64,000 nucleotides of DNA, from the NCBI GenBank assembly GCA_038087875.1, contig CM075989.1:6448001-6512000 (forward strand), read 5' to 3'. This DNA is from Malacoraja senta. Taxonomy: Eukaryota. Positions 11,044-24,299 of the stretch are shown piece after piece. Every line of letters begins with the position of its first letter. The stretch's first letter is position 1. A program made the translations under genes and the position numbers. The notes under the pieces were generated by a model. That model made no database searches. It had not been told where the DNA came from and saw nothing but the letters and a program-made list of their open reading frames with translations.

Positions 11044-11221
11044 AGGGCCTGTCCCATTTGGGCGTCATTTGCTTGTTACGCAGATGGCGCGCGGAGATTT
11101 TGTACATCCCAAAATCCTGGGGCGCCGCGAGCAACCGCTCGTTACTGCCTACGTCACCATGCGCGCATCACGTGTGGCGTAAATGATGTCGCGTAAATGA
11201 CGCCCAAGTGGGACAGGCCCT
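11044..11221. mobile_element. PIF/Harbinger-type MITE, 27-bp TIRs (1 mismatch), TAA TSD
   Basis: TAA-agggcctgtccca(t/c)ttgggcgtcattt ... reverse complement-TAA. Confidence 0.85.
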
Positions 11222-12134
11222 TAAGAGTGAGTAAGAAGGGTCTCGACCCGCTGTTACTACAGCATTTTGTGTCTTTCTCGAGTGAGTCTACAGCGCTCCC
11301 AACTGTGTAGTTCAGTGCTGGGGGAGGGGGGGGGGGGCTTCTAGGGAGGGGCAGCATGTGGAAATGTCCCATTGCCACCCACCAAAGGCTGCTTACATTC
11401 CCAGAGTAGCTGGCAAAGTCGCTCTGTTTGTCTCCCATGTGTTTGTTCGTATATACTGCATGTCTGTAGGTTAGGTAGTCACAAACCCAGGGAGGACGTG
11501 TGGATAACATTGCTTAGCTGAGAATACTCAAATCACTTGGACGTGGTCAGTGCCATAGTGCGCACAGGAATATAACACTAAATATTCAAAATCCAACTCG
11601 AGTGAAGATAATCTTCAACATTCATCAGGTTAATGTTTTGAGGTTCTGATAAATTTAAATGCAGGAAAAATCCGTGAGATATAAACTGAACTGCAAAGAG
11701 TGAAGAAAAAAAACTGAGTGGGAAAGAGGAAATAATGTTTTCCATAATGTATGAAGTTGTGTTGATCACCATGCCTCCAGTTGATATTGATATTTTGACC
11801 CCATTTGTTAAACTAGAGCACGGACTGGACTTTGAAAATGGCGCCAAAGAAACTGATGCCTCTCGCATGCGGGCCCAGCAGGCTATTTCTGTATGTAAGA
11901 AAATAATGTCAGTCTGCAAGTGTACAGGTGACCATAAAAGCATCATTGAAGCAAACATTAATGGTTTCACCTCCCGCAGCCTGCACCTGGGAATTTTTCA
12001 AGCACTTTATTTTTAATTTGATCTGGGATGTGACTGCCGAGGTTTGAAAGCAGGTTGTTTTCACTTCTCCTCAGCCAACAAACTGGATAAAACTTGAAGA
12101 ATGAAAACCTCAGGGTATGTATAAAGCATGGACT

Positions 12135-12345
12135 TAAAAAGCTGGAGTAACTCAGAGGGACCGACCGGCAACATGTCTGGAGAAAAAGGATGGGTGACGT
12201 ATCGGGTCGGGGGCCTTCTGCAGACATGATCCAAAACGTCACCAATCCATTTTCTCCAGAGATGCTGCCTGAACTGCTGAGTTACTCCAGGATTTTGTGC
12301 CTATCTTTGGTATAAACCAGCATCTGAAGATCCTTTTTACCACAT
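12135..12345. mobile_element. Fold-back Penelope-derived element, degenerate
   Basis: Inverted arms matching family consensus. Confidence 0.7.
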
Positions 12346-12654
12346 AAAGGATTACAATCAGCACCAGCATGGTGCTGGCTGTTTCTGAGTATTGGTCTGT
12401 TTGTTTAAGAGACCCAGACACTGTTTTATTCACAATGAGGGGGGGGGGGGGGGGTTGCCACTGTGACCAGGAGATAAAACTGATCAATTATCCTTTGTAA
12501 ATGTCGGCGCCAGAAAGGTAGCGACTCTTGTGTACTACCTAGGTGAGGTCTGCTGTATGATTTTACCAGGTTGTACCCAAACCAAATATAGAAAGCAAGA
12601 ATTTCATTGTCCTATCTGGGACACATGACGATAAACTATCTTGAATCTTGAAAT

Positions 12655-12835
12655 GCTTGAGAAACCCAGAGGGCCAGGCAGCATCTCTAGAGAGAAGGAA
12701 CGGGTGACATCTCGGGTCTGAAGAAGGGTCTCGACCCGAAATGTCACCCATTCCTCCTCTCCAGAGTGGCTGCCTGTCCCGCTGAGTTACTCCAGCATTT
12801 GTGTGTCGACCCTCGGTGTAGTTCCTTCCTACACA
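12655..12835. mobile_element. Fold-back Penelope-derived element with junction at the hammerhead core
   Basis: cgggtgacatctcgggt joined directly to ctgaagaagggtctcgacccgaaatgtc. Confidence 0.78.
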
Positions 12836-14147
12836 TCTGTGTGCAAAACCCGGTGCACGTGACAAAGTATCATCGAACTCTCAAAAGATGTAACACGCAC
12901 ACAATTCTCTTGGGTGAATTGTAGCTGGAAGGCAGAGAGGGGTCACCATTACGACAAGCAGAGAGTAACGATGTACTGAGGAAACAATGGGCCAGAGTTG
13001 GTGACGTGGTTAGTTTATTGGCTAATGCACTCACTGCTTAGTCACACAGTGAGGAGGAGTGAACTCCAGTGCCAACTCACCCACACGCACAATCATAAAA
13101 CAGGGCATGATGCACTCTGGAAAAACAAAACCAGGCAGGAAACCAGGACACGGCTTAAGCGGGACTGGAAAATATTCACTTTTCATCACAGCGAACTGTC
13201 ACACCAGACAGAATAAAAATCCTTGCTATTCAGTGTAATCTACAGCACAATCTACTGATTATCCTCAAGAGGAATTCATAGCACTGAGCAGTCCTGGGGT
13301 ACATGCACGCTGCAGTTGGGGATGAAACAAGTAGAATTCCTCCGAATATTTAGAAAGCCAGGCTTCAAACGACAAGAACAAAGAGAACTCCACTGTTTTC
13401 CCGGGTGGGGGGAGGGGATAGGAGTTGATTTCAATGGAGGGGGAGGGGGTGTGCCTGCTGTGACCCTGTTTGGGGAGTGGAGGAAGGAGGGGGAGACAAA
13501 GTCGTGGGTAATTGTGTTCGTTTTTCACGCTGGGTTATAAATTTGCATCTCTCCGGAGAAAACCAATCTGCCATAGGTGATGGATTCACGAGGAAACTGA
13601 TGCAGCGCGTGGGCCGGGAGTATCCTTCAATAATGAGCTCGTTCAAGATCAAAAGAACTTAGCCAGTTTAAAATAATTGGACACACAGACACACTGATTC
13701 TGTGAAAATTCTTTTTGCTGCAATAATCTTGCTTCAAGGCTTTGTGATCTCAAACAATGCCAACGTGTCCAGATTTTTATACCTCAGTTATATTTAGAGT
13801 AAGAATTTTTTTTTAATGTGTTTATGAGGAGCAGTTATTTTCATATTTTTGTGAGGGCTCCAACTGGCCTAAGCCATCCCTTCAGCTTCATTAACACGAC
13901 AAAATTGTTAAAAGTATATATATATTTTTTAATATGTCTCCAATACAAGTGTTGACAGTTGGGACAGGTGGCCACCATAAAAATATTAAAGATTAAAAGC
14001 ATGATAACCTCCAGAACAAATGATAGTTTGAATGAAAAAAGACAAAGTGCAGAAGTAACTCAGCATTGCTGGAGAACATGGATAGGTGACATTTCGGGTC
14101 ACAATCCTTCTATCCATGTTCTCCAGAGATGCTGCTTGACCCGCTGA

Positions 14148-14424
14148 CTTTTTAGTTTAGAGATACAGTGCGGAAACAGGCCCACCGGGTCCGTGCCGAC
14201 CAGCGATCCCCATATATTAAGACTATCCTACACACACACTAGGGACAATTTTTGCATTTACCAAGCCAATTAACCAGCAAACCTGTGGGAGGAAACTGAA
14301 GATCTCAGAGAAAACCACGCAGGTCACGGGGTGAACATACAAACTCCGTACCGACAGCACCCGTGGATGGGATCGAACCCAGGTCTCCGGTGCAGCAAGG
14401 CAGCAACTCTACCGCTGCGCCACC
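14148..14424 (-). mobile_element. HE1-like V-SINE next to a Penelope fold-back (14035-14147)
   Basis: Head, core and (ctaaa) tail. Confidence 0.85.
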
Positions 14425-15771
14425 TTGATGACCACACTTTGCGTCTTTTGCTGGCAAACCGACAACGGTTTGTTGTGTCTTGTGCCTTGTCATTAGAATG
14501 AGTTTAATCCCCCCCCACCTCCAGGGTTGGAATTAAACAGGAATGTTACTTTAAAGTAACAATCTCGTTTTAACACATTCCAGAAATTAATCATGTGGTT
14601 CAAATACTCAGGGTGAAGTGTTCCCGATCACGGTGAAAGAGGTTTCTGTGGCAGAAGCAGAGAGGCAGGGGTGCAGTGGAGAATTAAACAGCTTTCTCTC
14701 CGGTAATAACAGCAACAAACAGGTTGCCTTTTCCGTTTCAGAAGCACGATAACCACTCCTGGAAAAATATTACACTTGCAATGACAAAAGTGCACCAGTC
14801 TTGTTAAATACAACCTAGAGGCTGAGGGGGAAAAAAGTCTCCAGAAAAGAAAAACCCAGAGAGAAAAAAATTGCTGTTGTGCCAACATTATTTCCAAATT
14901 AATTGTGGATTTTTATTTTCTTTTAGGTATCCTGTTTGTGGACGATACTGGAAAAGATTGGGAAGAAAATATTCAGACATATTCACTCCACACTATTAGT
15001 TTCAAATCATTTTAATAATTTAAATAAAATGGATTTTATTTCTCTGCACAAAGCTCGGCGACCAGTCAAGGCGCCCTCTGTCGACAGGAATATGCACAGC
15101 AGCAGCAGCGCACGCAGTCCTGGTCTGATTACGTTTAACAGATCTTTCCAGAAAAAAGAAATATAATTGTTTTAATGCCACCCAAATTGTCCAGGCAATC
15201 AACACGACTTCACATATAGAATCTCCGATACAAGGTACATACACTGATGAGTTTTCAGATAAATGCCACGTTACATACAAACGCTGAAGAATGTAAATGT
15301 ATTTAAAAGATAACCAATTATAAATATTACAAAAAGGTTCATTTAAGCTCCTTGCTTAATGGAATCTCTTTGTCCAGAGATAAGCCTGGCAGTGTGTGCA
15401 GGAGGCTGGGACATTTCTTTCAGTCACTACAAGATGGCAGCACTGAAACTCCACTGCTGAAGTTCCAGAAAGTTCCAGGGATCTTGGTATTTTGCCAGGT
15501 TCGATCGCCATTTTATAGCACTCTACATCCACCATCTCAGAGCTACAATAAAAGCCAATACAATCAGTGATGCTCTCCTGAGAAGCTGTGTGTAGGAATT
15601 AACACCCAACAACCAATGGCCGACACTCAGCCCTTCGAACCAACGAAAGACCCAGAGACCCTGCCACTCTTGACTTTATATTGCTCTTTATATGGTCTAT
15701 TTTATTTGTTTATTTATAGTCAGGTTCACTAGAGCTACACTCAAGCTCAGTTGGTGACAACGACCAGATCA

Positions 15772-16057
15772 GGTGGCACAGCGGCAGTCGCTGCCTGACA
15801 TCGCCAGAGACCCGGGTTCGATCCTGGCTACAGGTGCTGCCAGTACGGAGTTTTACGTTCTCCCCGTGACCTGTGTGGGTTTTCTCCGTGATCCTCCCAC
15901 ACTCCAAAGACGTTCAGGTTTGTAGGTTAATTGGCTTGATATAAATGTAAATTGTCCCTAGTGTGTGTGTAGGATAGTGTTTATGAGCAGGGATCGCTGG
16001 TCGATGCTGACTCGGTGGGCCGAAGGGCCTGTTTCCACGCTGCATCTCGAAACTAAA
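15772..16057 (+). mobile_element. HE1-like V-SINE
   Basis: gggttcgatcc B box, core and tail. Confidence 0.9.
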
Positions 16058-16937
16058 GCATCAACAACATGTGCCTTGGTCAGTTTTCTCCGGTATTGAA
16101 CACTGGATCAGCCAAGAAGCCAGTTTAATATCTCTGGTTCACCAAAAGTGAGCAACATTTATTGCTGGAAATGCTGTGGAAAAGTACACATTTATGAAGA
16201 ACTTGTCAAAATGGAAGCCAATATTAAAATGGAAGCCATACAATTGACGGTTTCATCTCCATCTCCATCAATTAACAGCAGATGGCTCAAGAGTTGTCCT
16301 CAGTAACTCCACCGCGGCCAAGATTCTCAGAGGGGTTCAGATTAAAACATAATGGGCTGCCGTTTCTCAAGTAAAACACAAAGTGCTGGAAGAACTCAGC
16401 AGGTCAGGCAGCAGCTGTGGAGGAAATGGACAGGCCACATTTCAGGTCTGGACCCTTCTGCAGACTCAGTGGGGCAGGCAACGCAACAAAGTAGTACGTT
16501 GCCTTTTCTTACCAGTGTTCAATGAACACTATGCACGGGCAAACCATGAAAGGGCAGAGTTGGCTGTGGTGCCCCATGTCAAATAGCAGATGACTCGCCC
16601 AAATTGCACCCATTAGCCAAATGCACCTCTTAACCAATTCCTATGGGGTTCAATATAATTACATTGTGCTCGTGCCATACACATCAAGGAACGTTGGAAA
16701 CTGCACCCTAACTGACATGCAATGATCCAAGTACACGATGATCAATATTTGAAGCAAATGACAGCCAACTACACTAAACATTTATTTCCATTAAAATTTA
16801 ATAAGGCGACTTAAATTGCATCTTTAGTGGTCAGATATGGAGAATAGTGCCAAGATCAATCAACCATCTTTACATCACCTGATCTTGTTACCAATAACCT
16901 GGGTTCACAAATAAAATCAGAGCCAATACCTTACCAA

Positions 16938-17258
16938 GGGCGGTACAGTGGCACAACCAATCGAGCTGCTGGCCCACAGCGCCAGATACCTGGGTTCGAT
17001 CCTGACCTCGGGTGCTGTCTGTGTGGAGTTGGCAGGCTCTCTCTGTGACCGCGTGGGTTTCCTGTGGGGGCTCCGGTTTCCTCTCACATCCCAAAGACGT
17101 GCGGGTTTGCAAGTTATTAATTGGCCCCGAAAATGCCCCTAGTGCATAGGGAGTGGATACCAAAGTGAGTTAAATTAGAGAAAGTAAGATCAGGTGATCG
17201 ATGGTCAGTGTGGATTCGGTGGGCTGAAGGAACTGTTTCCACGCTGTATCTTTCAATT
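16938..17258 (+). mobile_element. HE1-like V-SINE
   Basis: Head, core and tail as in other copies. Confidence 0.88.
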
Positions 17259-17337
17259 AAAAAAAAAAGACACTTCACTTAAAAGAGGGATATTGTCAGT
17301 AAATTTCTAGCAGCAAAGTAATCTTAACGCAGGGAGA

Positions 17338-17436
17338 CAGTCTGAAGAAGGGTCTCGACCAGAAACGTCACCCAGTCCTTCTATACAGAGATGTTGCCTG
17401 TCCCGTTGAGTTACTCCAGCATTTTGTGTCTATGTA
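17338..17436 (+). mobile_element. Short Penelope-derived insertion with hammerhead motif, TSD cagggaga
   Basis: cagtctgaagaagggtctcgaccagaaacgtcaccc flanked by an 8-bp direct repeat. Confidence 0.8.
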
Positions 17437-18004
17437 CAGGGAGAATGATGTTGCTCTTCCACAAGCAGGGTTTGGACATCACTCTTGGGTTGCCTGCTAC
17501 AAGGATCTAGTTAATTGAACAAGGATCTAGTTATGCCAAGCGTTCTTTTCAAGAAATGCAAAGTGAAAGGGCTTTTCAAGTAATCACAAAGGAAAGGCGC
17601 TTTTTTAAAGAGGCCCAGCAGTTACTAGAAAGTTGGTCAATACGAACCCACTCAACGTCCATTCATCGCATGCATTGTTTCACTGAGTGGAGAGGTCTGC
17701 AGACCTGGTACAATCTCACTATGGAGTGACTGATAAAACTTGCATTTATATAGACATTGTAAACACAGCAAAACACTCCAGTGCTTCTCAAGAGAGTAAT
17801 GATGAGAAATGGCAAGGGACTAGAGGAACATGGTTCTCCAAAGAATTACTGAGAGGGTATGAAATTCAGTGGGTAAACAAGGGACCAAGCTTATTACAGA
17901 GAGGGAATGTTGGTGTGTTATGCCGGCTTGTAGGATACAGCTGCAAGATCAGACAGACTTTGTTGGTGAGTCTAGTCTTTGATTGTGGTAAAATCTGTAC
18001 GCTG

Positions 18005-18180
18005 AAAGAGTGTTTCAAGAGAGAGCTAGAAAGGGCTCTTAAAGATAGCGGAGTCAGGGGATGTGGGGAGAAGGCAGGAACGGGGTACTGATTGGGGATG
18101 ATCAGCCATGATCACATTGAATGGCGGTGCTGGCTCAAAGGGCCGAATGACCCACTCCTGCACTTATTGTCTATTGTCTG
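18005..18180 (+). mobile_element. CR1/HER1-type LINE 3' end
   Basis: FKRELERAL..GVRG-type ORF end and gggccgaatg tail; related copies at about 33760-33910, 43580-43790 and 23785-23950 (minus). Confidence 0.8.
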
Positions 18181-18231
18181 TAAGCAGGAAATCCCAATTG
18201 CCCCGATAAAGAGTGAACATTAAGTTTGAAT

Positions 18232-18645
18232 ATGCAGGAAGGAACTACAGATGTTAGTTTATACCGACACAAAATGCTGGAGGAACTCAGGGGGACGGGC
18301 AGCATCTCTGGAGAGAAGGAATGGGTGGCGTTGAGTTGAGACCCTTCTTCAGACTGAGAGTCGGGGGAGAGACCAGCGATATGGAAGGGTAATGCATGAA
18401 ACACGACAGATCAAAGCAGATGCTGATCCAGGAAATGTCAAATGGTTCCTTGTTTGCTGAGGGGAAGGTGACAACGAGGCAGACAGGCAGTAAAATTAAT
18501 CAGGAGGACAATGAAACTAGTCAGAGAACCAGGATGGAGGAGGCACAGAGAGAGAGGGAATGCAAGGGCTACTTGAAGTTAAGAGAATTCAATGTTCATA
18601 CCGCTGGGTTGTAACCTGCCCAAGCAAAATACGAGGTGCTGTTCG
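18232..18645 (-). mobile_element. Penelope-like 3' end with GIY-YIG C-terminus (EQHLVFCLGRLQPSGMNIEFS)
   Basis: Translated motif plus family tail. Confidence 0.85.
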
Positions 18646-19483
18646 AATGGTTCTGCGATTTCATTGTGAACCCCTCTCTCAATCCAGCCCTCTCCGCCTA
18701 CATGTTTAATTGTATTTGCACTTTTCTTGATCAAATATTTTGCATCAAATCTCAAGCGTCTCAATTTACATGCTCAGGAGAAAAAACACATATCGTGCTT
18801 CACAGAAAATCTATTGCGCCATTGTTCAGGAACAATAGGCCAGGGTAATGAGAAAAATGATGGTTTTGTACGTGTCCTTCCTCATTTCCTGACTGGTAAT
18901 TGATTCAATCTTTATAGTGGTTGCCTGCATTGCAAAATGTGAAACATATGTCCCAGGTTTCATGTCTGCTTTTTACACTCTCCCTCCGGGCAGTTTAGCA
19001 GTAACCGGTTCTACTGGAGAGAAATGCCTCACATCTGCGCATTTACTGTCTAACAAAAATATAGCCATGATTAAAGGACATGGGGGGGGGGTTGAGATGA
19101 CTGCCGAGATTACAATCTTTTTTTTTTAAAGTTTCCCATCCAGATAGACAAAATGAGAATGGCCATCACCTTTGCATCCTCACTGCATGTGGTGGGATAG
19201 GAGCAAGACAGAAATAATGACATTACAGGTAGTTCCACAATGAGATAGTTGTGATCCAAAGACAACTGTGTCAATGGGGGGGAAAAAAAGGGGTTAGGTG
19301 CTGGAGTTCCAAACTCACAATAAGTTAGCTCTCCCATAGGATTTGGATCTTTTCAATAGCAATAGGTTCTTGTTACTTCCAGCTAAAAGACAGCATATTG
19401 CATTGTTGAACAGTGTTATTGTTCAAATGCTGGAGGCGATTGTTTGCCAATTTCTATGGCTTTCTGCAGTGAAACTTGATGTC

Positions 19484-21137
19484 CAGTGCCCTCCATAATG
19501 TTTGGGACAAACACCCGTTATTTAATTATTTGCCTCTGTGCTCCACAATTCGAGATTTATAAAAGAAAAATTCACATGTGGTTAAAGTGCACATTGTCAG
19601 ATTTTAATAAAGGCCAGTTCTATACATTTTGGTTTCACCATGTAGAGATTTACAGCAGTGTTTATACATAGTCCCCCCATTTCAGGGCAAAATAATGTTT
19701 GGGACACAGCAATGTCATGTAAATGAAAGTAGTCATGTTTAGTATTTTGTTGCATGCCCTTTGCATGCAATGACTGCTTGAAGTCTGCAATTCATGGACA
19801 TCACCGGTTGCTGGGTGTCTTCTCTGGTGATGCTCTGTCAGGCCTGTATTGCAGCCATCTTTAGCTTATGCTTGCTTTGGGGGGTAGTCCCCTTCAGTTT
19901 TCTCTTCAGCGTATATAAGGCATGCTCAATTGGGTTCAGATCGGGTGATTCACTTGGCCACTCAAGAATTTATTTTTTAGCTTTGAAAAACTCCTTTGTT
20001 GCTTTAGCAGTATGTATGGGATCATTGTCTCGATGTAAAATGAACCGCCGGCCAATGCGTTTTGAGGCATTTGTTTGAACTTGAGCAGATAGGATGTGTC
20101 TATAGACTTCAGAATTCATTATGCTACTACCATCAGCAGTTGTATCATGAATGAAGATAAGTGAGCCAGTACCTTCAGCAGCCATACATGCCCAGGCCAT
20201 AACACCCCCACCACCGTGTTTCACAGATGAGGTGGTATGCTTTGGATTTTGGGCAGTTCCTTCTCTCCTCCATACTTTGCTCTTGCCATCGCTCCAATAT
20301 AAGTTAATCTTCATCTCATCTGTCCACAAGACCTTTTTCCAGAACTGTGGTTGCTCTTTTAAGTACTTCTTAGCAAACTGTAACCTGGCCATCCTATTTT
20401 TGCGGCCAACCAGTGGTTTGCATCTTGCAGTGTAGCCTCGGTCTGACAATAAAGTGCCATCGTATCGTATTTCTGTCCATGAAGTCTTCTGCGGACAGTT
20501 TTATTGACAAATCCACACCCGACTCCTGAAGAGCATTTCTGATCTGTCGGACAGGTGTTTGGGGATTTTTCTTTATTATAGAGAGAATTCTTCTGCTAGG
20601 CCTGCCAGTTCCTTTGCAATTAGTAAGCTCACCAGTGCTCTCTTTCTTCTTAATGATGTTCCAAACCGTTGATTTTGGTAAGCCTAAGATTTGGCTGATG
20701 TCTCCAACAGTTTTATTCTTGTTTCTCAGTCTCATAATGGCTTATTTGATATTCATTGGCACAACTTTGGTCCTCATGTTGATAAACAGCAATAAAAGTT
20801 TCCAAAGGTGATGGAAAGATTGGAGGAAAGACTAGGTGCTGAGACCTCTCTTATACCTGCATTAAGGAGGCAATTGAACACACTGAGCAATTACAAACAC
20901 CCGTAAAGCCATGTGTCCCAAACATTATGGTGCCCTGAAATGGGAGGACTATGCATAAACACAGCTGTAATTTCTACATGGTGAAAGCAAAATGTATAAA
21001 AATGGCCTTTATTAAAATCTGACAATGTGTACTTTGTCCACATGTGATTTTTTTTCTATTACAAATCTCAAATTGTGGAGTACAGAGGCAAATAAATAAA
21101 TGATGGGTCTTTGTCCCAAACATTATGGAGGGCACTG
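19484..21137 (-). mobile_element. Full-length degenerate Tc1-family transposon with IR/DR-type long TIRs
   Basis: cagtgccctccataatgtttgggacaaa termini with about 215-bp TIRs and inner direct repeats. Transposase motifs HTH, KVLWTDE, VKHGGGGVMAW, DNDP; frameshifts present. Confidence 0.95.
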
Positions 21138-24100
21138 AATGTTTAGAGACAATGATGTTTGATTAATCTGGGGAAAACATTTTTCACTATACTGTTTAAA
21201 TCCAAGACAACTTTTTTTCTGCTTGTCAATTTACAAAGTAACATTTTGAAGTGGTTCAATCTAGTTTCCGATCGAAATCACATGACGACCAATTTGGCCC
21301 GCATAATGCAAAAAGCGTTCTTTAACTCATCACTCGTTATATCCAATGTGTGTTACGGAAAGGCATACTACCTGTACCTAATCATCTTCCCTCCCACCCA
21401 ACATAACTGCACTTCTACACCAATAACCACACAAGCTCTACTGAGAATCAATATTATAATTTTTATTCCCACCCCTCGTGGAGGATCTCATCTTCTTGAG
21501 GGCTAGACAAGTGAGAATAACTTGGTGTAAAAGAAAATGAGGGGAAGGAACGGAACTAATGAGATTGGTTGTGTAGGAAGGAACGGCAGATGCTGGTTTA
21601 CACCGAAGATGGACACAAAATGCTGGAATAACTCAGCATTTATTCTGTGGGATTATTCTATAATGGGATTGCTTCCCTGGGAGCTGGTGTGAAACTGATG
21701 GTCCGAATGTCCACCTGCATTGAGATAATGCAAAGCTTGGGTGCTTAACTGACAGATTGATGCAAAATGTTCTGACCACTGGCACTGAGATCATTGATGT
21801 GTGGCTCTTCATCATGCAATGTAAAATAGGGCGGTTGTAAAAAGGAATTCAATGAGCATTGATATCTCGGGCAATCTGTTAACCAAAATCAATCTTGTTG
21901 TGAACTTCACAGCACAAAAATGTTCTTGTCTATCCTTCAATAGTATCAACTAAAACAGAAATGTCAGTTCTGGTGAACAGGCCAGGACTTCAAATGTTAG
22001 CTGTTCCTCCTTCCACGGATGCTGCCTGATCTGTTGAGTGTTTCTAGTATTTCTGGCTTTAGTGTTGGATTCTGCAGTTTTCCAGAATAACGCCGACAAT
22101 GCTCGGAGAATGATATTCCAATTCTTTGTTTCTTGGGTGAAGACGCCACTGGCAATCCTAGCATTTATTGCCTATTTCTCTGCCCCTTAACGGAGCAGTT
22201 ATTAACCGAGCAGATAGAAGGGTGCGGGGTCATGGAGGCCAGACCAGGTAACAATGGTGGACATCCTTCCCAGACTGGGGATACCCCCTTGAGGGAGACT
22301 TTCAACCTCTCACTCATTTTAATAAAATTCATTTAGATTGTACAGTCAGCTTAGACTCAGTGGCTCCATAAATGTTTTAATGATTGAAGCGTACCCATTT
22401 ACAGACTTGGGCTAGAAACAAAAAAAAGAACGCTCTGATGTAATTTAGATGAGGACCGTGTGTTAGAAGGGCAAAATCCAAATCAGTAGTACTGGCAACG
22501 TGAGGGGTGCCTAGGTCAGTGCTTTGATTGAAAGTCACGAGTTGCGATGCAGGTTCCTCTCCCACAACAGCAACTTGCTTTTGTCTTCCAGATGGCACGA
22601 GTGTGTGCTGCATCAGTTACACTTCTCTCTGGAGCACAATGCAGTTTTTGTTTGCCGATGGAAACGAGGGCCAGCTTGTTTACTGCCGCGCGTTAGACAC
22701 GGCAAATAAAATCCAATCCACACAAACAAGCCGATTGAAGGCTAAAAAGAAAACACATGCATAACGATGTTCCAAATTGCAATCTAAATGAATTCCGTTG
22801 AAATGAGTAAGAGAGATTTGAAATTCCGCTCAAGAAAGCAAACCCGATCTGTCCACGTAATCCCTGCTAAAGCTCCAAGTGATTTCAATAAAAGATAAAG
22901 TGCTGGAGTAACTCAGCAAGTCAGCCAGCATCTCTATAGACGACATACCTTGGGGAGATTTCAATAGTCACATAAGGTAATGCACATTATATTCCAAGTG
23001 TGTGAAGGGTTTTGTTCTAAACTCTAATGCAAACCTGCACATGCCCCCCCCCCCCCCCCCCCATTGCATAACATGCATGGTACAGATACAATACTAATTG
23101 TTATCCTTATTTGATAATAAAGGCTAGGAGGGTCCTGGGCCAAGTGGCAGCCCTGAGTCAAGGCACTAAAACAAAGTGCTGTTATTTATTAGTTCAGAAG
23201 TGGCAGGTATCACACTAGCAGGGCTTGTATTTATTGCCCGTCTCGGGGGTATTAGCTATAAGAGGTAGGACAAACTTGGAACATCAGAAGTTGAGAGGAG
23301 ACCAGATGGAAATATATACAGCATATATACAGATCCACAAAGCTGGTCCAAATCTTCTGCAAATAATAAAAGGGGCAACCTTATTGCCAGACCTGCTCCA
23401 GTATTTGTTCAGCAGATAAAGACTGCACGTTTTTTGGACGGGCCCAGCTACAGTGATCAACATTCATCTTTTCCTCCCCCTCAAGCATTTTGTGTTTATC
23501 TTCAACGGCAGCTTAATGGCCATTCTTACTTCTGCACTCTGCGGGGTTTTCACCACAGACCAGACTACAAATTTCTACGCATTTCAAAAGGTGTTGAGTT
23601 CCTGCGGGAAGTCTCAAGCGGCACGACAGAACTACCAATCTTGCTCACAACAAAGTAATTGCATGAAGCTCTTGGAAGGCAACATTTTTTGTTGCACATC
23701 CTCAGATTGTTCTGGGATGAAAAGCCTTGGTCTGGCCTACATGTCACTCCAGACCCACCATTGTGTTTGTTCAGCAGATCATCAGACATTGGTGCAGAAT
23801 TAGGCCATTTGGCCCATCAAATCTGCTCTGTCATTCAATCATGGCTGATCTATATTTCCCTCTCAACCCCATTCTCCTACCATCACCCCATATCCTTTGA
23901 CACCCTTACTAATCAAAAAACTGTCAATCTCTGCTTTCAAAATACCCAAAAGCACGTCACAAAAGGCAGGTCATTTATTCAATTCAAAATAAAATCCGTT
24001 TATTTCCTAAGGATTTTGCAGTGCAAATTATTTCAATGGTATTTTCTGTCCCTTTAGAAGCGGAAACAGCCGATTTAACTCAAGCATCATCTTGTAGGCT

Positions 24101-24299
24101 GTCATTGATTGCAAATCAGTAAACATAAAAGTGACTGCAGATGTTCAAATTTTGCTTTCCGCCAAACCCTCCCTTCTTGATAACCACAAAGTCTAGAAAC
24201 ACAGGAAACTCTGTAAGATGATCAAAGTATAAATTAAGATGGCCGTTGATAATGCAACAACAAAAAAATCCTTGTGCTGCACAAAATGCTTCCAAACAC

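Noticed and set aside
15772..15845. tRNA genes at SINE heads
   Set aside because: A/B boxes are present but run into SINE core and tail; no complete cloverleaf.
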